Part shown: positions 19,848 through 29,472 of the stretch, piece after piece
How the letters are laid out: the number at the start of each line of letters is the position of its first letter
How positions within the stretch are numbered: the first letter of the stretch is position 1
NCBI GenBank assembly: GCA_033764015.1
Contig: JANRJK010000019.1
Coordinates: 32,001 to 96,000, forward strand
Source of the DNA: Candidatus Sumerlaeia bacterium
GTDB lineage: Bacteria; Sumerlaeota; Sumerlaeia; SLMS01; JANRJK01
Direction: 5' to 3'
Length of the DNA stretch: 64,000 nucleotides
Translations under genes and position numbers: made by a program
The notes under the pieces: generated by a model
Told to the model about the DNA's origin: nothing
What the model saw: the letters and a program-made list of their open reading frames with translations, nothing else
The model's database searches: none

Positions 19848-20843
19848 GTGGCGGCGCCGGCGGAACCGCACTGGCGCGAGGACCCGGTGACCCGCGAGCG
19901 GGTCATCATCGCGCCCCTCCGCGCCGCCCGTCCCTTCACCGCCCCCGCGCTCGCCGCCGGGCCGCCGTACGACGCCGCCCGCGATCCCTTCGCCCCGGGC
20001 AACGAATCCGAGACCCCGCCGGAGATCGCCGCCGTCCGCGCCGGCGGCGCCCCCGCCGACGGGGTCGGCTGGACCACGCGCCTCGTCCCGAACCGCTATC
20101 CGGCGCTGACGCCCAACTGCGTCGCCCCCGCGCCCGGCCCCGGAGGTCCGGGCCACGGGTTCCACGAGGTCCTCATCGAGTCCCCCGGCATGGAACCCTT
20201 CGACGAACTCCCGCCGGCGCGCGCCGCCGACGCCTTGGTGCTCCTCGCGCGCCGCGTCGCCGAGCTTTACCGCGAGCCCGGCGTCGCGGCCGTCGAGGTG
20301 TTCAAGAACCACGGACGGCTCGCCGGCGCCTCCCTCGAGCACCCGCACTTCCAGCTCCTCGCGCTGCCCTTCCTGCCGGCCCGCACCGCGGCGGTCGTTG
20401 ACTCTGTCAAGGAATACGCCGCGCGCACGGGGCGCGACCTCGGCGCCGACCACGTGGCGGGGGAGGAGGCCGCCGTGGAGCGCCTGCTCCACCGCTCGCC
20501 GCGGTTCCTCTGCGCCTGCCCCTTCGCCTCGCGCGTCCCCTTCGAGCAGGCCCTATGGCGCCTCGGAGGCGCCGCGCCCTTCCACGGCGAGCCGGAGGAC
20601 GCGCTCTCGGAGGCGGCGGAGCAGTTCCGCGCCATGGTGCGCCGGATGCGCCGCGCCTGCGGCGACCCGCCTTACAACGCGCTGCTGCGTTCCCTGCCGC
20701 CGGGCTGCGGCGCCGCGCTCCCCTGGAGCCTGCACCTGCTGCCGCGCCGCGGCGTCTTCGGCGGCTTCGAATGGGCCACCGGCGCCTACATCAACTCGAC
20801 CCCGCCGGAGGACGCCGCCGCCCGGCTCCGGGCCGCGGTGTGA
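19848..20843 (+). CDS. galT: Galactose-1-phosphate uridylyltransferase family (HIT superfamily)
   Basis: PFAPGNESETPPEI, VPNRYPAL, HEVLIESP, FKNHGRLAGASLEHPHFQ, GFEWATG. Confidence 0.8.
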   Translation: MAAPAEPHWREDPVTRERVIIAPLRAARPFTAPALAAGPPYDAARDPFAPGNESETPPEIAAVRAGGAPADGVGWTTRLVPNRYPALTPNCVAPAPGPGGPGHGFHEVLIESPGMEPFDELPPARAADALVLLARRVAELYREPGVAAVEVFKNHGRLAGASLEHPHFQLLALPFLPARTAAVVDSVKEYAARTGRDLGADHVAGEEAAVERLLHRSPRFLCACPFASRVPFEQALWRLGGAAPFHGEPEDALSEAAEQFRAMVRRMRRACGDPPYNALLRSLPPGCGAALPWSLHLLPRRGVFGGFEWATGAYINSTPPEDAAARLRAAV

Positions 20844-22148
20844 TCAGCGCCCCGCGGACAGCTCCGCCAGCACGGTCCGGTTGCTGATCCAGGGGAACTG
20901 CATCGCCTCCGCGTTCTTCGCGAAGTCGGGGTACGTCATCTCGACGAAGGCGGACAGCTCCCGCGCCATGTCCAGCGCGTCCTTCGGCGGGCAGGGGACG
21001 GTGCCGTGCGCGAGCACCAGCCGCCGCCGCGCCTCCAGCACCTGCTGGAACGACGTGTTCTCGCGGAACGCGGTTCCCAGCGGATGGCCGAGGGTCTCGA
21101 GCAGTTCGTAGGACCGGCGCAGGCCGAGCTTGATCGTCGCGTCGTCGATCCTGCGCAGCGACTCGAACATGGCGCGGCGCCGCGGCGGCACGCGCCGGAT
21201 GTCCAGCCGGTCCGTCCGCAGGCCGTACTCCTTGAAGATCACCGCCTGCGCGTAGAGCTCCGCCGCGCGGTAGAGGCGGGCAAGCGCGTCGTCGAAGCGG
21301 TGCTCGCGCAGGCGGCGCACCGCGTTGTTGAAGAGGTCCACGATGAGTTCCGGCGGGAAGTCCACGCACTCGCGCCCGGTGCGCGCGATGGGGCGCAGCA
21401 GCTCGATCGCGCGCGGGCGCAGCCGCAGCCCCTTCAGCCTCCCCTTCGCGGGGATCCGCGCCTCGTGGCGCTCGTACTCCGACAGGAAGGTGTCCACCTG
21501 GAAGTTGTCCCACGCGCCGTAGGCGACGGCGAACGCCTCGACCAGTTCGCGGCGCTCGCGGGCCGGGGGCGGCAGCAGCGAGGCGTCCAGCGAATGCGCC
21601 GTCTCCGCCGCCTTGTCGAAGCGCTGCTCGAAGAAGAAGTCGGTCGCCTCGTCCAGCCGGCGCCGCGCGACGAGCGCCGCCGGCGTGCTGGCGTGCACCG
21701 CTTCGGACGCGCCGGCGCTCCCCTTCGGCGCGGGCAGCAGGTAGCGCAGCCCCTCGATCCCCGCGCCGACCGCCGCGAGCACCGCCCCCGCGGACATCGC
21801 CTTGGTCCCCGCGGTGTAGTTCAGCACGATCCGCCGCCGGTCGAAGCCGCCGTCCAGCAGCGCCTCGATCTCCTCGCTGGCCCGCGAGTACGCCTCGTCG
21901 ATCGAGTGGTGCGACTCTAGGAGCACCAGCCGGAACTTGCCCTTCGGCAGCCGGAGGCCGGCGCGCAGCCGTTCCGCGTTGTCGACCGAATCGCCGGTGG
22001 CCATCACCGACAGGTGCGCCGGGCGCAGCGGCTTCAAGTCCGCGATCAGCGCCTCGACCACGTCGCTGGGGACGCCGGAGGGCGTGGTGCCGATGGTGAC
22101 GAGGTGGGCGGTGTCGGCGTTTGTCGCGGCGGGGGGCTTGCGGGGCAT
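20844..22148 (-). CDS. CARF-HEPN protein, TIGR02710/Cas02710-like
   Basis: CARF motifs VTIGTTP and NYTAGTKAMS; NAVRR...FDDALARLYRAAE; HEPN-like RRRLVLAHG. Confidence 0.8.
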   Translation of the reverse strand: MPRKPPAATNADTAHLVTIGTTPSGVPSDVVEALIADLKPLRPAHLSVMATGDSVDNAERLRAGLRLPKGKFRLVLLESHHSIDEAYSRASEEIEALLDGGFDRRRIVLNYTAGTKAMSAGAVLAAVGAGIEGLRYLLPAPKGSAGASEAVHASTPAALVARRRLDEATDFFFEQRFDKAAETAHSLDASLLPPPARERRELVEAFAVAYGAWDNFQVDTFLSEYERHEARIPAKGRLKGLRLRPRAIELLRPIARTGRECVDFPPELIVDLFNNAVRRLREHRFDDALARLYRAAELYAQAVIFKEYGLRTDRLDIRRVPPRRRAMFESLRRIDDATIKLGLRRSYELLETLGHPLGTAFRENTSFQQVLEARRRLVLAHGTVPCPPKDALDMARELSAFVEMTYPDFAKNAEAMQFPWISNRTVLAELSAGR

Positions 22149-22320
22149 CGGCGGGGCGGGCTCCAGGCGGTCTGGTGGATGGGCGACCGTTCACGCCGGG
22201 CCGCCGCGGGGTCAACGGCCCCTTGCCCGCGGGGAATCCGCCCTTGCCACGCGAGCGGCGCGTTCACCTCTATGTCCAAGACGCGCACAGCGCCAAACGC
22301 CAAGCCCCGCAGGACCCCGC

Positions 22321-22605
22321 ATGAAGCTCAACCCCGGACTCCGCGAACAGACCGAAGAGAAGGTGCTCCTCGTCGTGCGCTCAAAGAGCAACGGCGGCAC
22401 CCGCATAGACTGGTTCCCCTCCGTCGAGGAGGCGCAGGCCCACGACATGGAAGTCCTCGAGGTGCGCGAGCGCATCCAGCTCGCGAAGAAGCCCGAGGCC
22501 ACCGGCTTCATGAAGCTGCTCGAAATGACGCTGGGCCGCGCCGCGTCCCAGGACCGCCTGATCCACGAGAAGACGCTGCGCCAGAAGGAATACTTCCGCC
22601 GCTAG
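22321..22605 (+). CDS. Hypothetical protein (94 aa)
   Basis: AGGA SD, ATG 22321, strong codon bias; upstream of pilT. Confidence 0.7.
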   Translation: MKLNPGLREQTEEKVLLVVRSKSNGGTRIDWFPSVEEAQAHDMEVLEVRERIQLAKKPEATGFMKLLEMTLGRAASQDRLIHEKTLRQKEYFRR

Positions 22606-22648
22606 CACCGGCGCGCGCGGACCCCACACCCGAGGAGCTACCACCGCC

Positions 22649-23743
22649 GTGGCGATGAACTTCAACGCGCTGCTCATCGGAGCCGTCCAGAACGGCGCCT
22701 CCGACGTGCACATTATCGAGGGACAGCTCCCGTACTTCCGCATCCGCGGCGACCTCAAGCGCGTCGAGACACCGCCCCTCTCCCACGACGACATGGTCGC
22801 CCTCCTCAAGCAGATCATGCCGGACCGCTACAAGTCCGACCTCGAAGCCAACTACGGCGTCGACTTCTCCTACCAGCACGAGACCATCGCCCGCTTCCGC
22901 TGCGTCGCCTACTACCAGGACAGCAAGCTCGCGGTCGCCATGCGCAACATCCCGCTCAAGGTGCCGTCCATCGACGACATGCACCTGCCCGAGGTGCTGA
23001 AGAAGATCGCCATGCTGCACCGCGGAATGGTGCTCGTCACCGGCATCACGGGCTCCGGCAAGTCCACCACGCTCGCCTCGATGCTGAACCACATGAACAC
23101 CCTCGAGGCGCGCCGCATCATCACCATCGAGGACCCGATCGAGTTCAAGTACGCCAACGTGAAGAGCGTCATCTCGCAGCGCGAGATCGGGCGCGACGTC
23201 GCGGACTTCCCCTCCGCGCTCCGCCAGGCGATGCGCGCCGACCCGGACGTGATCCTGGTCGGCGAAATGCGCGACCAGCAGACGATCCGCATCGGCATCA
23301 AGGCCGCCGAAACGGGCCACCTCGTCTTCTCCACGCTCCACACCCGCGGCGCCGTCCACACGATCCAGCGCATCATGGGCTACTTCGACCTCGCGGAGCA
23401 CGACCTCCTCCGCGACCAGCTCTCGCTCAACCTCGCCGCCGTCATCACGCAGCGGCTCGTCAAGACCGTGGACGGCAAGGGCCGCCGCGCCGCCCAGGAG
23501 ATCATGATCGTCAACGGCATCATCAAGAAGCTGATCCGCGAAGGGCGCGTGCTCGACATCGGCGGCGTCATGGCGGGCCGCGACGAAGGCATGCAGAACA
23601 TGGACCAGGCGCTCGCCGAACTGGTGCGCGAAAAGGCGATCTCGACGGACGAAGGCGCCAAGTTCTGCGACGACTTCTACGCCATGAAGCGCTACATCGC
23701 CGGCGTCTCCTCCTCCGCCGACAAGGGCGGCATCGTCGGCTAA
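22649..23743 (+). CDS. pilT: PilT/PilU family type IV pilus retraction ATPase
   Basis: ASDVHI, GITGSGKSTT, TIEDPIE, DPDVILVGEMRD, AAETGHLVFSTLHT. Confidence 0.9.
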   Translation: MAMNFNALLIGAVQNGASDVHIIEGQLPYFRIRGDLKRVETPPLSHDDMVALLKQIMPDRYKSDLEANYGVDFSYQHETIARFRCVAYYQDSKLAVAMRNIPLKVPSIDDMHLPEVLKKIAMLHRGMVLVTGITGSGKSTTLASMLNHMNTLEARRIITIEDPIEFKYANVKSVISQREIGRDVADFPSALRQAMRADPDVILVGEMRDQQTIRIGIKAAETGHLVFSTLHTRGAVHTIQRIMGYFDLAEHDLLRDQLSLNLAAVITQRLVKTVDGKGRRAAQEIMIVNGIIKKLIREGRVLDIGGVMAGRDEGMQNMDQALAELVREKAISTDEGAKFCDDFYAMKRYIAGVSSSADKGGIVG

Positions 23744-23766
23744 GGGCCGCGGCGCGCAACCCGGCC

Positions 23767-24366
23767 ATGTGGCTCGTCGTCGGACTCGGCAACCCGGGCA
23801 CTCGCTACGAGCGCACGCCGCACAACTTCGGCTTCGACGTCGTCGACCTCTTCGCGCGCCGCCACGGCCTGCGCTGGCACGAGGAGCGCCGCTTCCAATG
23901 CGCCGCCACCCACCGGGGCGAGGGCGAGGACCGCGTCTACCTCGCCAAGCCCGCCACGTTCATGAACCTCTCCGGCGAAAGCGCCGGCCCCTTCTCGCGC
24001 TACTACAAGATCCCCCCGGAGCGCGTCCTCGCCATCAGCGACGACGTCGCGCTGCCGATGGGGCGCCTCCGCGTCCGCGAAGGCGGATCCAGCGGCGGCC
24101 ACAACGGCCTCAACAACCTCATCCAACACCTCGGCACGCAGGACTTCCCGCGCCTGCGCCTCGGCATCGAGCCCACCGGCGTCCAGAAGATCCCGCTTCG
24201 CGAGTTCGTCCTCATGAAAACGCACGGCGCCTACGCCGAGGACGCCGCCTACATGACGGAGATCGCCTGCGACTGCCTAGAGGCGATCCTCCGCGACGGC
24301 GTCGCCAAGGCCGCCGGAAAGTACAACGGCTTCGACGCCCGCAAGGCCGCGGAGGGAGCGGATTGA
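23767..24366 (+). CDS. pth: Peptidyl-tRNA hydrolase
   Basis: [28 protein letters not shown]. Confidence 0.95.
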   Translation: MWLVVGLGNPGTRYERTPHNFGFDVVDLFARRHGLRWHEERRFQCAATHRGEGEDRVYLAKPATFMNLSGESAGPFSRYYKIPPERVLAISDDVALPMGRLRVREGGSSGGHNGLNNLIQHLGTQDFPRLRLGIEPTGVQKIPLREFVLMKTHGAYAEDAAYMTEIACDCLEAILRDGVAKAAGKYNGFDARKAAEGAD

Positions 24367-24494
24367 CAGGCGCTCCGGCGCGGTTCCCCGTCGCGATCCT
24401 CCAAGCGGAAAGGCTTGACAGCACCTTGGCCGCCGAGGCTCACTTCCACGCTTGTGTTATGGCGGTATTCGCCGCCCACCCGCAGGAGTCCTGA

Positions 24495-24872
<378 letters not shown>

Positions 24873-24913
24873 CCTCAGACCCCAGACTTCATACGCTCCG
24901 AAAGGTTTCCACG

Positions 24914-25435
24914 GTGCCCAAGCGCAAGAAAAAGGACCAGCGGTCACGCAGCCAACGCAAGATGTCGCGCCGCCGCATACCCCCCGGCCGCGGCCTAGTA
25001 CCCGATCTCCGCTACGGCAGCACGCTCGTCAGCAAATTCATCAACGCCATCATGGTCGACGGCAAGAAGTCCGTCGCCCAGTCGATCTTCTACGGCGCCA
25101 TGGACATCATCAAGGCCAAGATGCCCGAGCAGGAGCCCGTCGAGGTCTTCAACAAGGCGATCGACAACATCAAGCCGATCGTCGAAGTGAAGAGCCGCCG
25201 CGTCGGTGGCGCCAACTACCAGGTCCCCATCGAAGTCAAGACGCACCGCCAGCAGGCCCTCGCCTTCCGCTGGCTCGTCAACTACACCCGCGCACGCGGC
25301 GAACGCGGCACCGCCGCCAAGCTCGCGAACGAGGTCATGGACGCCTTCAACGGCACCGGTGGCGCCTTCAAGAAGAAGGAAGACACCCACCGCATGGCCG
25401 AAGCCAACAAGGCCTTCGCCCACTACCGCTGGTAA
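24914..25435 (+). CDS. rpsG: 30S ribosomal protein S7 (start either GTG 24914 or ATG 24962)
   Basis: [15 protein letters not shown] and [23 protein letters not shown] precedes GTG 24914. Confidence 0.97.
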   Translation: MPKRKKKDQRSRSQRKMSRRRIPPGRGLVPDLRYGSTLVSKFINAIMVDGKKSVAQSIFYGAMDIIKAKMPEQEPVEVFNKAIDNIKPIVEVKSRRVGGANYQVPIEVKTHRQQALAFRWLVNYTRARGERGTAAKLANEVMDAFNGTGGAFKKKEDTHRMAEANKAFAHYRW

Positions 25436-25482
25436 CCCGGCCGCGCGTCCGCGCGCGAGCAGTCGACCCCGAACAACAAGCG

Positions 25483-25519
25483 CGCCCCGCCGGACCATCC
25501 GGCGGGGCGGTTTCGTTTC
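25483..25519 (+). terminator. Intrinsic terminator after rpsG
   Basis: 12-bp stem CGCCCCGCCGGA/TCCGGCGGGGCG followed by GTTTCGTTTC. Confidence 0.75.
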
Positions 25520-25546
25520 GCTTCGAGACCAAGAGCTGCGCCCCGG

Positions 25547-26569
25547 CTACCGACCGGGTGCGAAGTCCAAGGTCGCCTCGTTGAAGACGAGCCGCCTTCC
25601 GGTCTTCGAGTTCGGATCCTCGAAAATCGGGATCGGCGCCGCCCCCGAATCTCCCGACCGGTAGAACAAGGAACGCTCCGCCAATCCCGCCGGCGAGACA
25701 ATGTCCCGAGCAGGATCAACAGGGCGAACCTCCTCCAGCGTATACGTACTCCGGCTCTTCGCGACCGCCTCGTACTCCCCCAACAGGGCGCGCAGCTCCG
25801 CGGCGGATGTTGCGCTCCGGAGGTCGGTGCGGATCCCGTAAGAAGTCTCCGTCACCTGATGACCGGGCTCGTTCGGACGGCCTCCGGATGTTTGCATCGA
25901 AATCGACGGGAGAAAGGTCACCTCGGAGCCGCTGCCCCAAACCACGGCGGTCCCTGCCGCACTCCTCGTGACGCTTCCATTGGAAGCGTCGATGAAGTCG
26001 AAGAAACCGCTGTAGGTGGTGAAGCCCTCTTGCGTTGCGACTGGTTCCTTCCCCGACACCCAGAGCACGCCCGGCTCGGGGGCCGATATCAGGTACGGAC
26101 GCGAGGACCTCGAAACCTCTTCCACCATCAACGCCCGGCTGGACACGGAATCCGGGCCAACGATCATGTCTCCGACTACACTGAAGGGGGGAACGAACGT
26201 GGCAACGCTTGAGGCACTCGGGAACGCCGTGTAGGCTCCCCCCATCCATTCCACGGTCAGGACGCCATCCCAGAACATCAAGAACTGTGGCGAGGCCGCA
26301 AGCGTCGGGTCGGTCGTCTCCATATGCTGGAACACGACTGATCGATCCGTAGCAATCGCCTTGAAGTCAAAAGACTTGGACTCCGACGGCGCCTTCCCGC
26401 CGCCTGCCTGTTCGGAGCGAAGCGAGTAACGGAACACGGTACCGGACTCCAACGGCGCGATGGCCGAGTACAGCTCTAGCGCTTCGCTCGGGGTTGATTC
26501 GACGACCTTCATGTTGATCGGCGCCTCGACCGATGCGCCGAGGCTGAGAACTAGGAATGCGAGGACCAT
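25547..26569 (-). CDS. Hypothetical exported protein (340 aa), lower GC
   Basis: AAAGGAG SD; short hydrophobic N-terminus; no recognised motif. Confidence 0.65.
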   Translation of the reverse strand: MVLAFLVLSLGASVEAPINMKVVESTPSEALELYSAIAPLESGTVFRYSLRSEQAGGGKAPSESKSFDFKAIATDRSVVFQHMETTDPTLAASPQFLMFWDGVLTVEWMGGAYTAFPSASSVATFVPPFSVVGDMIVGPDSVSSRALMVEEVSRSSRPYLISAPEPGVLWVSGKEPVATQEGFTTYSGFFDFIDASNGSVTRSAAGTAVVWGSGSEVTFLPSISMQTSGGRPNEPGHQVTETSYGIRTDLRSATSAAELRALLGEYEAVAKSRSTYTLEEVRPVDPARDIVSPAGLAERSLFYRSGDSGAAPIPIFEDPNSKTGRRLVFNEATLDFAPGR

Positions 26570-26587
26570 CTGGTGTCTCCTTTCGGG

Positions 26588-27031
26588 TCAACCTGCGGGG
26601 AAGCTCAGGCTCGGATGATTGCAGCCGATCGTGCTGTAGAAGACCGTCGCAAGACCGAGTCGACAGGAGTAACTGCCGGTTCGGCGGTTATAGATCGTGG
26701 TCCACGGTCTCCTCGTAACGCAGGGGATCGTTCCGGCGTTGCACTCCTTGTTAATGGCGGCCGCGCAGGAAGCGAAGTTCGGAGTTGGGTCGTACTGGTA
26801 AGCGTCGATGGTATCCGCGCAGGATTGCCAACCGTTCGGCAAGATTCCACAGTACCCCGCGCCTGGTTCAAGGCAGATATCGTAATCGTCGTCGGGTGGG
26901 ACCACACACGGATTGGCCGTCAACACGCATTCGGCTCCCGGCCAAACCTCCGCGTGGACTTTCGCCAAAGTTAAGGGGATCGCCGACAGCACAGCAAGCG
27001 CTGAGAGTAGCCCGGTGATGGATCTCCTCAT
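26588..27031 (-). CDS. Small secreted Cys-rich protein (147 aa, 10 Cys)
   Basis: GGGAG SD, ATG 27031, signal peptide ending VHA; lower GC. Confidence 0.7.
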   Translation of the reverse strand: MRRSITGLLSALAVLSAIPLTLAKVHAEVWPGAECVLTANPCVVPPDDDYDICLEPGAGYCGILPNGWQSCADTIDAYQYDPTPNFASCAAAINKECNAGTIPCVTRRPWTTIYNRRTGSYSCRLGLATVFYSTIGCNHPSLSFPAG

Positions 27032-27210
27032 CTCTATCTCCCTAAAGGGTGGAAATCTCACTCGATCAAGTCGAGATAGGGGGTCGCTACCCCCCCCCTC
27101 ATCCGTCAACAGAAAACTTCAAGCGGTCAAGGCGCGATACCTTGCGCCGATTCCGGCGCGGCGCGCCTCCGCCCCGCCGGCGATCCCGGCTAAATCCCAC
27201 CGCCCACTCC

Positions 27211-27254
27211 AAAAGCCGGCGCGCCGGGAGGCTTTCGGCCCCCCGGCGCGCGGC
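27211..27254 (-). terminator. Intrinsic terminator after rplL
   Basis: GC stem with GAAA loop followed by TTTT on the minus strand. Confidence 0.75.
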
Positions 27255-27304
27255 TGTTGTCCGCGTCCCGATCCGGAACGCAAGACCTTGTGGAAGCGGC
27301 CTGC

Positions 27305-27682
27305 TTACTCGATGACGACGACGGCGCCGACGGCCTCGAGCTGCTTCTTGACCTTCTCCGCGTCGGCCTTCGGGACGTCCTTGACGACTTCCTTCGGGGC
27401 GCCTTCGACGAGATCCTTGGCCTCCTTGAGGCCGAGGTTCGTGATCGCGCGGACTTCCTTGATGACCTTGATCTTCTCGGCACCGCCGTCCTTGAGGATG
27501 ACCGTGAACTCGGTCTTCTCCTCAACGGGGGCCGCCGCCGCGGCCGGAGCCGCGCCGCCCGCTACCGCCACCGGGGCGGCGGAGACGCCGAACGTCTCCT
27601 CCATCAGCTTCACAAGCTCCACCACTTCCATGAGCGGCTTCGCCTTGATCGCCTCGACGATTTCCTGGTTCGAGAGAGCCAT
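27305..27682 (-). CDS. rplL: 50S ribosomal protein L7/L12
   Basis: [32 protein letters not shown]. Confidence 0.99.
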   Translation of the reverse strand: MALSNQEIVEAIKAKPLMEVVELVKLMEETFGVSAAPVAVAGGAAPAAAAAPVEEKTEFTVILKDGGAEKIKVIKEVRAITNLGLKEAKDLVEGAPKEVVKDVPKADAEKVKKQLEAVGAVVVIE

Positions 27683-27802
27683 GATTCGAATCGTTCCTTT
27701 CCGAACGTCAGAGTGTTTGTCCCCCGCTACCCGGGGGGGGCGGGGCCGCTGCGGGCCACCGCGTTGGGAACTACGCCAATGGGTTCGGGCCGGGGCGCCG
27801 CG

Positions 27803-28378
27803 TTACGCGGCGCTCTGCCCCTCTTCCAGCTTCCGGCGGTGCGCATCGACCGCGTAGACGACCTTGCCGACCGCCTGATTGAGCGCCAGGACCGTCTTGG
27901 TCGCCGGCGACAGCAGGCTGCCGCAGAGGCGTCCGAGCATCTCCTCGCGCGACGCGGTCTTGCTGAGCGCTTCGACACCGGCCGCGTTGAGCGCCTGGCC
28001 TTCGAAGTAGCCGCCCTTCACGACCAGCTTGCCGTTCAGGTCCTTCGCCGCCGCGATCAGGAGCTTCGCCGGGGTCACCGGATCCTCCTGCCCCGCGAAC
28101 ATCACCGTCGGGCCCTTCAGCATCTTGTCGAGCTTCGAGACGTCGTACCCGCGTTCCGCGAGAACACGCTTCAGGAGCGTGTTCTTCACGACGCGGACCG
28201 ATACCTTCGCCTCGCGCGCCTTCGCGCGCAGGGCGGTCGCATCGGCCACCGTCATGCCCTTGTTGTCCGCGAAAAGGACGCCGTTGCCGTCCACGATCGC
28301 CTTCGCGATCTTGGAGGAGGCGACGACCTTCGGGGCGCGTCCGCGCCGCTTGCGGGCTTCTTTGCCGAGCTTTGCCAT
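27803..28378 (-). CDS. rplJ: 50S ribosomal protein L10
   Basis: GMTVADATALR, VVKNTLLKR, LKGPT; position between rplA and rplL. Confidence 0.95.
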   Translation of the reverse strand: MAKLGKEARKRRGRAPKVVASSKIAKAIVDGNGVLFADNKGMTVADATALRAKAREAKVSVRVVKNTLLKRVLAERGYDVSKLDKMLKGPTVMFAGQEDPVTPAKLLIAAAKDLNGKLVVKGGYFEGQALNAAGVEALSKTASREEMLGRLCGSLLSPATKTVLALNQAVGKVVYAVDAHRRKLEEGQSAA

Positions 28379-28499
28379 GTGGGTTTCACCACCTTTCCTG
28401 CTCGCCCCGTCCGGGCCACTCGTCGTGCGAGGGCCCGCGGGGCGGAGCGGTCGCCCGCGCCGGAGTCGTCCTCCGGGGGCGGGTGGCGCCGTTCCGTTG

Positions 28500-28605
28500 C
28501 GGGGCCTCGGCAGGTCCTCCGCGCGTTGCCTCGCGGGGGCTTAGGGGGGTTGCGGCGGCACCGCTTGGTGCGCCGCGCGCCCCGCCTGCTGTCTCTGGCG
28601 GCCGT
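28500..28605 (-). promoter_or_regulatory. Ribosomal protein L10 leader (autoregulatory RNA)
   Basis: Minus strand has AGACAGCAGG (28594-28585) ... CCTGCCGAGG (28514-28505), the conserved L10-leader kink-turn halves, upstream of rplJ. Confidence 0.8.
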
Positions 28606-28703
28606 GTAGGCGATTCGTTGTTCGGCCGCTCGCGCGGCCGGTCGAGGGGTTGCCCCCGGCGCGCTTTCGCGCGCCGGGGCGTTCCGTTACCGTGGAAAAA
28701 TCG

Positions 28704-29414
28704 TCAGCCCGCCGCTGCGAGCGCCGTGCCCGCCGACGTTGCGATCCGGATGCCCGGGCTCATCGTCGAGGACAGGCAGATCGTCCGGAGGTAGTTGGCC
28801 TTCACGGAAGCCGGGCGCGCCTTCTGGATCGCCTCCAGCACCGCTTGGATGTTCTCCGCCAGCTTCGCCGCGTCGAAGGACATCTTGCCGACCACGAGGT
28901 GCATGTTCGCCAAGCGGTCCAGCTTGTACTCGATGCGGCCCGCCTTCAGCGATTCGATGGCGCTCTTCACGTCCGCGGTGACCGTGCCGGCCTTCGGGTT
29001 CGGCATCAGGTTGCGGGGGCCGAGCACCTTGCCGAGCTTGCCGACGTCGCGCATCATGTCCGGCGTCGAGATCGCCGCGTCGAAATCGAGGAAACCCTCG
29101 AGGACCTTCTGCACCAGCTCCGCGCCGCCGGCGATGTCCGCCCCGGCCTCTTCCGCCTCGCGCAGCTTGTCGCCCTTGGCGAACACCAGCACGCGCACCT
29201 TCTTGCCGGTGCCGTGGGGCAGCGCGACGGTGCCGCGCACCTGCTGGTCCGCCTGGCGCGGGTCGACCCCGAGCCGGATATCGAGGTTCACCGTCTCGTC
29301 GAACTTCGCGAAGCTCACCATCTTGAGCAGCGCCACCGCCTCTTCGACGGTCAGCAGCTTCGCCTTGTCGACGAGCGGGGCTACCTTCGCGTACTTCTTG
29401 CCGTGCTTCTTCAT
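28704..29414 (-). CDS. rplA: 50S ribosomal protein L1
   Basis: AKFDETV, LGVDPR, LPHGTGK, LGPRNLMPNPKAGTV. Confidence 0.99.
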   Translation of the reverse strand: MKKHGKKYAKVAPLVDKAKLLTVEEAVALLKMVSFAKFDETVNLDIRLGVDPRQADQQVRGTVALPHGTGKKVRVLVFAKGDKLREAEEAGADIAGGAELVQKVLEGFLDFDAAISTPDMMRDVGKLGKVLGPRNLMPNPKAGTVTADVKSAIESLKAGRIEYKLDRLANMHLVVGKMSFDAAKLAENIQAVLEAIQKARPASVKANYLRTICLSSTMSPGIRIATSAGTALAAAG

Positions 29415-29428
29415 CTTAGCGTCTCCAT

Positions 29429-29466
29429 GTGGTCCGAGCGGCGGCCGCCGAAGGGCCGCCTCCCAC
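29429..29466 (-). promoter_or_regulatory. L1-binding mRNA element upstream of rplA
   Basis: Minus strand GTGGGAGGCGG-hairpin-CCGCTCGGACCAC matches the GUGGGAG...ACCAC L1 site pattern. Confidence 0.7.
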
Positions 29467-29472
29467 CGAATG

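Noticed and set aside
19800..22700. CRISPR array or cas operon near the CARF gene
   Set aside because: No regularly spaced repeats or cas genes seen by eye here or elsewhere in the window
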